Source: Chlamydiales bacterium
GTDB lineage: Bacteria; Chlamydiota; Chlamydiia; Chlamydiales; JACRBE01
Assembly (NCBI GenBank): GCA_016213235.1
Contig: JACRBE010000044.1
Coordinates: forward strand, 1-32,954
Direction: 5' to 3'
Length of the DNA: 32,954 nt
The notes under the pieces are model-generated. The model ran no database searches and was not told the origin of the DNA. It worked only from the letters and a program-made list of their open reading frames with translations. The first letter of the stretch is position 1; every line of letters begins with the position of its first letter. Shown piece after piece: positions 26,744 through 32,954 of the stretch. Both the position numbers and the translations under genes were made by a program.

Positions 26744-26764
26744 GCAATAAGAAATTCTTATTGC
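26744..26764. repeat. Perfect 10-bp inverted repeat
   Basis: GCAATAAGAA-A-TTCTTATTGC, 23 nt after the stop of the upstream gene; no U-tract follows. Confidence 0.6.
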
Positions 26765-26900
26765 AGTTCCAGTTAAAAAAACTTTACTTTAATAAATTTA
26801 AATTTTTATTTAATACAAACAGATTATAAACTTATAAATAACATATCTTTTTATTTGTATTTCATTATAATTTCGACAAAAAACATAGGAGATTTATTTA

Positions 26901-27584
26901 ATGGGATCAATTAATTTGGTTAGGTTTCCTCACCCTTCATCTTGCGCCGATAGATTATTAGGGGTGACTAGCGATTATTTATGCTTTAATGGAAAAATGG
27001 CAGAGGTGGTGGGTAGCATTGACCTGGCAACAAAGCGTTATTCCGTGCAACTGATCGATAAAACAGCTTCCATGTCAATGATAATAACAGCATGTAAAAT
27101 CATCTCTTACGTGACCATAGTTATTCCTCTCATTGTATTTGCAGTACACTGTATGTTAAGATCGATGTACGATTTTTCATTAGTCTCTACTGATGCTCCG
27201 AAGGGTAATGTTGATCCTGTAGAGGTGGAGAGTGAGTCGGACGCGGAGTCCTTAAATGGGGTAAGGAAAGCATCTGATCAAGATCGTGATGCAGAGGTCT
27301 CACCGAGTGATAGCGGTTCTGTAGAAGATGATTCAGCTTCTGCAAGGGTGGTGTTATCGAGTAATGCTCCAAAGGGTAATGTTGATCCTGTAGAGACGGA
27401 AACGGTAGAGGATGATGAGGTTTTATCGGAAGAGAACAGGGTCAGGAAGTTGGTGAGAGAAGGCAGGACCGCGGAGTTAGTTAGAAAAGGCGAATTTTTC
27501 AGTATAATAAATGATGAGCTTAAGAAGATGGGTTCTAGCTTCAGCGTTTTGGATTTTGTGGGATACTCTCTTAATGGTAGATAG
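26901..27584 (+). CDS. Shorter DUF648-like paralogue with acidic repeats; possibly truncated
   Basis: About 80% identical N-terminus to the 25377 gene, with APKGNVDPVE repeats; lacks the helical C-terminal domain. Confidence 0.65.
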   Translation: MGSINLVRFPHPSSCADRLLGVTSDYLCFNGKMAEVVGSIDLATKRYSVQLIDKTASMSMIITACKIISYVTIVIPLIVFAVHCMLRSMYDFSLVSTDAPKGNVDPVEVESESDAESLNGVRKASDQDRDAEVSPSDSGSVEDDSASARVVLSSNAPKGNVDPVETETVEDDEVLSEENRVRKLVREGRTAELVRKGEFFSIINDELKKMGSSFSVLDFVGYSLNGR

Positions 27585-27750
27585 TGATAGCGATCCTGTA
27601 GAAGATGATTCAGCTTCTGCAAGGGTGGTGTTATCGAGTGATGCTCCAAAGGGTAATATTGATCCTGTAGAGATGGAAACGGTAGAGGATGATGAGCTTA
27701 AGAAGAGGGGTGGTGGCTACAGCGCTTTGGATTTTGTGAGATACTCTTAG
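27306..27750 (+). repeat. Out-of-frame direct duplication of the gene's 3' part (27306-~27572 and 27583-27750)
   Basis: Both copies start AGTGATAGCG..CTGTAGAAGATGATTCAGCTTCTGCAAGGGTGGTGTTATCGAGT, 277 bp apart. The second lacks the 99 bp bounded by two ATGATGAG microhomologies. Confidence 0.9.
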
Positions 27751-27910
27751 TCATAATCTACATGGAAGCAACGGATACAGGGATGGCAAGTCAGCAGTAT
27801 AGTGCAGAAAGCAGAGTGTCGGTGGATGTTGTCTACTATTGGAAAGCAAAATAAGCGTAATTTAAAGACTCGTTATCTTGAGCCCTACCAAAGTTGACTA
27901 ACACTTTTAA

Positions 27911-27939
27911 TTGAAAAAACAAAAGAAAAGATCTATTGT
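27911..27939 (+). promoter_or_regulatory. Candidate promoter of the hemL-nfeD-floA unit
   Basis: TTGAAA-N17-TATTGT. Confidence 0.4.
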
Positions 27940-27965
27940 CTTCCTTTTTGCAACTCTAAGGATTT

Positions 27966-29270
27966 ATGAAAACGCGCTCGAATGAGGCCTTGCAACGGTT
28001 AAGAGATGTACTTCCCGGCGGAGTTAATTCTCCTATCAGATCGTTCCCAAGATTAACGCCAAAACCGCTTGTTGCGGCATATGGAAAAGGGGATATGATT
28101 TACGATGTGGACGATAAGGGGTATATTGATTATTGCATGAGCTGGGGATCTTTAATATTAGGACACTGCCATGAAGCGGTAACAAGAGCTGCCAAGGAGC
28201 AGATAGATAAAGGATCGTCCTTTGGGCTTTCCACAGAAATAGAGCAGCAAATTGCACAAAAAGTGATGGAGATTATTCCATCTATCGAGATGATACGCTT
28301 TGTCTCTTCCGGAACGGAATCTACCATGAGCGCAGCAAGACTTGCAAGAGGCTATACCAAAAAAAACAAGATTATCAAGTTTGTTGGAAATTATCATGGA
28401 CATGCTGATCAGTTTATGGTTAGCGCAGGATCTTATCTGAATCTACTGGATAATACGCCCTCTACGCTAGGCATTCCAAAAGAGAGTGTTATTCATACAA
28501 TAGTATTGCCATTTAATGACATAGAGGCTTTAAAAAGATTTTTTCAAACAAGTCCTGATGTAAATGATATAGCAGGATGTATATTGGAGCCTGTGCCAGG
28601 TAATATCGGCGTGCTCCCTCCATCTGATCTATTCATGACCTGTTTAAGAGAGGAGCTTACCAAGATAGGAGCGCTCCTTATTTTTGATGAGGTTATTACA
28701 GGGTTTCGTGTGCACCCACAAGGAGCGCAAGGTATATTCCATGTAAAACCGGATTTGATTTGCCTTGGAAAAATCATAGGAGGAGGGTATCCTGCGGCAG
28801 CATTTGGCGGTAGTAAAGAGATAATGAGACATCTGGCTCCTCTTGGTAGCATTTTTCAGGCAGGGACTTTGTCCGGTAATCCGGTGGCTATGCAATCTGG
28901 CCTTGCAACGCTAAAGCAGCTGCAAGAGCCTCTCTTTTATCAAGATCTCTTTGCTAATTTGGATCGATTATTAAATCCTATTGTTTCTTATATAAGGGAT
29001 AACAATCTTGCTATTACCATGAATAGAGTGGGAGGTATGTTTTCTTTCTTTTTTACCACTAAAGAAATAAAGACATCACACGATCTGAAATATATCAATC
29101 ATGAGCGCTTTGATGCGTTTTTTACCTTTTTACTAGATAAAGGCATTTATTTTTCGCCATCTGCTTTTGAGGCAAATTTTATCAGTAGTGCCCATACAAT
29201 AGAGCATATAGAGTATACCAAAGATACAATACTTGCCTTTTTTAAAGAAAATAAGCAGCAGTTAAAATAG
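27966..29270 (+). CDS. hemL: Glutamate-1-semialdehyde 2,1-aminomutase
   Basis: LPGGVNSPIRSF, RFVSSGTES, YHGHAD, LIFDEVITGFR, LGKIIGGG (PLP Lys) and QAGTLSGNP. Confidence 0.97.
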   Translation: MKTRSNEALQRLRDVLPGGVNSPIRSFPRLTPKPLVAAYGKGDMIYDVDDKGYIDYCMSWGSLILGHCHEAVTRAAKEQIDKGSSFGLSTEIEQQIAQKVMEIIPSIEMIRFVSSGTESTMSAARLARGYTKKNKIIKFVGNYHGHADQFMVSAGSYLNLLDNTPSTLGIPKESVIHTIVLPFNDIEALKRFFQTSPDVNDIAGCILEPVPGNIGVLPPSDLFMTCLREELTKIGALLIFDEVITGFRVHPQGAQGIFHVKPDLICLGKIIGGGYPAAAFGGSKEIMRHLAPLGSIFQAGTLSGNPVAMQSGLATLKQLQEPLFYQDLFANLDRLLNPIVSYIRDNNLAITMNRVGGMFSFFFTTKEIKTSHDLKYINHERFDAFFTFLLDKGIYFSPSAFEANFISSAHTIEHIEYTKDTILAFFKENKQQLK

Positions 29271-29308
29271 GTAGGTGTGCTATCATTGTTTGCTAAAAAA
29301 AGTAGACC

Positions 29309-29776
29309 ATGGGATCTTTGTTATTTATTACTTTAGCTTTAGTTGGGCTGATTTTTGTTATGCTCGAGTTTTTTCTTCCCGGTGGGGTGGTTGGAACAAT
29401 TGGTATGCTCCTTTTTTTGGTCAGCTATCTATTTTGTTTTCAACAACTCGAAACAATTACTCAAATGGCTTTTGCTACGATCGTCTATGTCACGGTGATG
29501 GTGTCGCTTGTTCGTTTTATTACCTACACGATAAAAAAATCGAAAGCTAACACGATATATTTATCAGCAGATCAGGAGGGTTTTTTAGCCTCTTCCTTTG
29601 ATAAGGGGCTTGTAGGAACAAGTGGAGTAGCTATCTCTAATTTATCACTGTCTGGAAAAATCGAGATCAATGGAAAGCAATACCCCGCAGTTTCAGAGAG
29701 TGAATATATAGAAGCAGGCACCATGGTGATGGTAGTAGATGGAAAAGGTGGATATTTTATTGTAAGGAGAGTGTAA
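29309..29776 (+). CDS. nfeD: NfeD family membrane protein (short form, C-terminal OB fold)
   Basis: Three TM segments with LEFFLPGG, then GVAISNLSLSGKIEING and AVSESEYIEAG; directly upstream of floA. Confidence 0.85.
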   Translation: MGSLLFITLALVGLIFVMLEFFLPGGVVGTIGMLLFLVSYLFCFQQLETITQMAFATIVYVTVMVSLVRFITYTIKKSKANTIYLSADQEGFLASSFDKGLVGTSGVAISNLSLSGKIEINGKQYPAVSESEYIEAGTMVMVVDGKGGYFIVRRV

Positions 29777-30784
29777 ATGGATATCACAGGAACAATTAAT
29801 ATCGTTATAATATGCATAGCTATTGCATCGATATTTATTTTTATGACAGTTGGGCGCTTTGTTAGCCTATGGTTTCAGGCGTTTGTTTCAGGCACGCCAA
29901 TTTCTTTATTTAACATCATTGGAATGAGCCTTAGAAAAATACCGCCAAGAGTGATTGTAAATGCTAGAATTACCTCTTATAAGGCAGGTATTAAAACATT
30001 AACTGTGGCCGATCTTGAAACGCATTTCCTCGCTGGCGGCAACGTATATGAAGTAGTAAAAGCGATGATTGTAGCGGATAAAGCAAACATCCCGCTTTCC
30101 TGGAGACAGGCTACTGCTATTGATCTTGCCGGTAGAGATGTTTTAGATGCGGTAAGAACATCTGTAAATCCTAAAGTAATTGATTGCCCTAGTGAAAAAG
30201 GATCTTACATTACTGCTGTTGCAAAAGATGGTATCCAGCTGTTTTGTAAAGCAAGGGTTACTGTAAGAACAAACATTGCGCAACTCGTCGGTGGCGCTAC
30301 AGAGGAGACGATCATTGCAAGAGTAGGGGAAGGGATTGTTAATTCTATTGGTTCTGCAAATACGCATCTTAATGTACTGGAAGCTCCACAAGAAATTTCT
30401 AAACTAGTGCTCAAAAAAGGGTTAGATGCTCAAACAGCATTTGAAATACTCTCTATTGATATTGCAGATATTTCTGTTGGAAAGAATATCGGAGCTACAT
30501 TAAGAGCAGACCAAGCAGAATCAGACAAGCAAATAGCGCAGGCAAAAGCGGAAGAAAAAAGGGCTCTTGCCGTTGCAGTTGAGCAGGAAAACAAAGCAAA
30601 AGTGATCGAGATGAAAGCAAAAGTAGTAGAGGCAGAGTCTAAAATACCGCTTGCTATTGCAGAGGCTTTTAATAACAAACAGCTTGGTATTATGGACTTT
30701 TATCGGATGAAAAACTTGCAGGCAGATACCTTGATGAGAGAGTCCATTGCAGGTGAAAATGAAGAGCAAGAGATTTTATCGTGA
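29777..30784 (+). CDS. floA: Flotillin-like protein FloA (YqfA family)
   Basis: [47 protein letters not shown] and [11 protein letters not shown]. Confidence 0.95.
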   Translation: MDITGTINIVIICIAIASIFIFMTVGRFVSLWFQAFVSGTPISLFNIIGMSLRKIPPRVIVNARITSYKAGIKTLTVADLETHFLAGGNVYEVVKAMIVADKANIPLSWRQATAIDLAGRDVLDAVRTSVNPKVIDCPSEKGSYITAVAKDGIQLFCKARVTVRTNIAQLVGGATEETIIARVGEGIVNSIGSANTHLNVLEAPQEISKLVLKKGLDAQTAFEILSIDIADISVGKNIGATLRADQAESDKQIAQAKAEEKRALAVAVEQENKAKVIEMKAKVVEAESKIPLAIAEAFNNKQLGIMDFYRMKNLQADTLMRESIAGENEEQEILS

Positions 30785-30906
30785 ACGATAAAAAAGAAAA
30801 TGCACCAAAACAACCTATTAAAAAAAAGAATGCTTCAGTCAAAAGTAGTCTAAAAAATAAAAAACAAGCATTCAAGTTAATGCTTGTTTTAAATAGGCCA
30901 TATTAG
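30781..30906 (+). CDS. Unannotated 41-aa basic short ORF, possible minimal YqfB-like third gene
   Basis: GTG start overlaps the floA stop (GTGA). Translation is [41 protein letters not shown]. Confidence 0.4.
   Translation: MNDKKENAPKQPIKKKNASVKSSLKNKKQAFKLMLVLNRPY
30861..30890. terminator. Inverted repeat, possible bidirectional terminator
   Basis: AAAACAAGCATT-caagtt-AATGCTTGTTTT (perfect 12 bp) between convergent transcription units. Confidence 0.55.
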
Positions 30907-30968
30907 CATTACAAATGCATTAAGCTCCATCCGGTGATATTATGAAGTAGTAGGGGCATTAAAGCATT

Positions 30969-31244
30969 TTAGTGGGTGCTATCTGGGTGATGATAAATAA
31001 CATCACTGGCTATAGTCTCTATAGCATCAACCACAACATCAATATCGTCAGTGTTACAATGCCAAAGAGGTTCACATAGCATGAGTCCAATTAAAAATAG
31101 ACCACTTGTTAAAACAGTAGAAAAAAAAGTGACTGCAAACGCAATGACTTTATCTTGTGTAGACAGCTCTTTTGCCAATGGGTGCAGTGCAAATAATTCA
31201 AAATAATTGTAAGTAGTTAAAGGGGTTTTTTGGGTAGCGTCCAT
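30969..31244 (-). CDS. Small hypothetical protein with one long hydrophobic segment
   Basis: ATG at 31244 follows AAGGA. A TATAAT at 31280-31285 argues against the longer TTG start. Hydrophobic stretch is VIAFAVTFFSTVLTSGLFLIGLML. Confidence 0.55.
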   Translation of the reverse strand: MDATQKTPLTTYNYFELFALHPLAKELSTQDKVIAFAVTFFSTVLTSGLFLIGLMLCEPLWHCNTDDIDVVVDAIETIASDVIYHHPDSTH

Positions 31245-31530
31245 AACGTTTTTTTCCTTTTTAAGGATGTTGAGCGACAATTATAACCATTTGCAAAAAA
31301 AACACCATAATAGTTAGGTTTTAAAACCGATTTAACAATTTGAGAAGTAGGATGTAGCGGTTAAAGAATTATTTTTGTTAAGTTAATTTTTTAACTGGTG
31401 GTGGTCGTAGGCTTTTTTATTCAAACTAGCGCAGTAGAGTTGATTCAATTTGTTTTTAATCGTTTTGATTACTTATCTTTAAATTGCTTTTTTGTTAAAA
31501 TGGGTAAAAAAATAATTAACGGTATTTGTT

Positions 31531-32316
31531 GTGTCTGATATTTTTCACTCTTTATTAAAGCCATGGACCTATGGTCGTGATATTTTAGAAACGTCTTATA
31601 ACATAGATAGTTGGAAGTTTGTTATAGCACATACCCATACACCTAATAAAACAAACGCCAAAACATGCTCGTTGATATCTAACCAGGTAACAGGAAATTT
31701 TTACCAGAAGGATTCATCTTCTCTTGTTGCTTGGAAATGCTTTGCTATCATGATAGCAACTCCTCTTTTTATCACAGGCAAAATACTGTATCACACTGTT
31801 AAAATTGTGGTAGATGTTGCAATGATCTTTTTTTCTCAATTTGCTATTATGGTAGAACATATAGCAGATGGTCAAAATGCAATAGGATGCATCATTGAAT
31901 TCATAAGAGACTCTATTATAGAGAACTCATTCATGGTTGGATCGCATCTATGGCAAATTTCTAGACTGGCTTGGTATTCCATCGGACTTGAGCTTGCAGC
32001 AATTGGTGGTTTCTTGAGCGATCCATTGCAGGCAAGACAGCAAATTGGGATAATAGAGAGAAAAATCAATTACGCTCCAAGGCACTATGATATTCGATTT
32101 GGGTGCAGTAAGCCAGATCGTGTATTTTATCTTGCCTACTGTTTCCAACCAGTGCGTAATTTGATGGAAACTTTTGATAATGGGGGCACTACCATTACCG
32201 TTGATCAAGAGTTTTCTACTTATAGCAAGTTAAAGCAAGCTCATAATTGGGTGGCAGATAGGATAGATATTGCCTGTTGTCCTTTTAATCGCTGTTGCAG
32301 TGAAGAAATGGCCTAA
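31531..32316 (+). CDS. Hypothetical membrane-associated protein, Cys-rich C-terminus
   Basis: 261-aa ORF with a GTG start, several hydrophobic helices, DPLQARQQIGIIERKIN and FYLAYCFQP. Confidence 0.6.
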   Translation: MSDIFHSLLKPWTYGRDILETSYNIDSWKFVIAHTHTPNKTNAKTCSLISNQVTGNFYQKDSSSLVAWKCFAIMIATPLFITGKILYHTVKIVVDVAMIFFSQFAIMVEHIADGQNAIGCIIEFIRDSIIENSFMVGSHLWQISRLAWYSIGLELAAIGGFLSDPLQARQQIGIIERKINYAPRHYDIRFGCSKPDRVFYLAYCFQPVRNLMETFDNGGTTITVDQEFSTYSKLKQAHNWVADRIDIACCPFNRCCSEEMA

Positions 32317-32318
32317 TG

Positions 32319-32714
32319 CTATTCTTGCAAAAACTTATGAGATCTCACTTCAAATTGTGATTCAGAAAGCAGCGTTCGCTTATCACCAATTTGCACCAAA
32401 TAAAGCACTGTTTTAGGACTAATCGATCTTCTTTCAACAATTTTAATATGTTTTACCTGATTGACTTGCATGGTACGATTGATAGCAAATTTTTTTAAGA
32501 TATAGATCGTTAAAAAAATAAGCCCAATTAAACCAACAACCATGAAAACTGTTTTTTTTAGTAAGCTGGCATAATCGGAAGGGGGGGAGGAGCTACTACT
32601 GTCTTGAATCATAGGATGATTGGTAGTAGTTGGATTAGAGGGCTGCTCTATATCATCTTGTGTATATCCAAGAGTGGTAAAGCAAGTAATGAGTATCAAA
32701 ATAATTTTACGCAC
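32319..32714 (-). CDS. FliO/MopB-like protein
   Basis: Signal-like N-terminus, one TM helix, then IKIVERRSISPKTVLYLVQIGDKRTLLSES, which is the FliO beta-domain pattern. Confidence 0.8.
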   Translation of the reverse strand: MRKIILILITCFTTLGYTQDDIEQPSNPTTTNHPMIQDSSSSSPPSDYASLLKKTVFMVVGLIGLIFLTIYILKKFAINRTMQVNQVKHIKIVERRSISPKTVLYLVQIGDKRTLLSESQFEVRSHKFLQE

Positions 32715-32793
32715 GATGTTTCCTGTTTTTGTATATCTTTTTTACAAAAGAGTGGGTTTTGTAGTATACTTCTTTTTTATTTTTAGAGGAAAA

Positions 32794-32954
32794 ATGAAAG
32801 GGATTATCGCGCTGGATATTGATGGGACTATTGCAAATAAGGATCATCTTATTCCAAAAGATGTAGAGCTATTTTTGCATAAGCTCGCAAAAGAGGGGTG
32901 GATCTTAGCATTTCTTACGGGAAGGACCTTTAGTTTTACGATAATGTCTATAGA
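32794..32954 (+). CDS. Cof-type HAD-IIB hydrolase, 5' part only (truncated by the window edge)
   Basis: GAGGA RBS; MKGIIALDIDGTI (motif I DxDGT) and FLTGR (motif II). Confidence 0.88.
   Translation, partial: MKGIIALDIDGTIANKDHLIPKDVELFLHKLAKEGWILAFLTGRTFSFTIMSI

Larger units (their letters stand above)
25312..27200 (+). repeat. Tandem duplication of the promoter, RBS and first ~100 codons (approx. 25312-25670 and 26835-27194)
   Basis: Near-identical upstream block ATAAATAACATATCTTT..GTATTTCATTATAATTTCGACAAAAAACATAGGAGATT. I count 20 differences over the first 98 aa. Confidence 0.9.

Noticed and set aside
25670..27750. CRISPR-like interpretation of the recurring GATCCTGTAGA repeats
   Set aside because: Spacing is irregular, the repeats are in-frame protein modules, and there are no unique spacers or cas genes.
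27762..27854. 30-aa ORF MEATDTGMASQQYSAESRVSVDVVYYWKAK
   Set aside because: No RBS or motif; more likely a remnant of the rearranged upstream gene than an independent gene.
1131..32786. The many 60-123 aa ORFs antisense to or nested within long genes (e.g. 2813-3109, 11723-12079, 27278-27649, 28544-28852, 29275-29550)
   Set aside because: They overlap well-supported genes, show no recognisable motifs and are expected shadow frames.

Overview
AT-rich chromosomal segment that most likely comes from an environmental Chlamydiota bacterium. This is inferred from gene content: a type III translocator operon, DUF648-like proteins, FliO-like and HAD neighbours, and several Chlamydiota-type hypothetical genes. 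Housekeeping and envelope genes (two orphan oppA lipoproteins, an MFS exporter, mlaEFD-yqgE, hemL-nfeD-floA, a Cof hydrolase) are interleaved with many candidate host-interaction genes. The main result is a tandem pair of large eukaryote-type USP (peptidase C19) deubiquitinase-like genes (5780-10294) lying between the two oppA paralogues. Both have complete Cys/QxD/His/Asp motifs and share a roughly 250-aa helical insertion. The second also carries an uncharacterised ~80-aa module twice. Other candidates are a chaperone-translocator operon (lcrH, copB-like, copD-like) with a possible needle-tip gene, an effector-like methyltransferase, a membrane-anchored kinase-like protein, a class II Fic protein and a recently duplicated, internally rearranged DUF648-like gene pair. 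Smaller signals are an unannotated short ORF after floA, an RBS-sequestering hairpin before mlaE, near-leaderless promoters and a MazG-like pseudogene. No rRNA, tRNA, CRISPR array or transposase was recognised. All family calls come from motifs read by eye; no searches were run.
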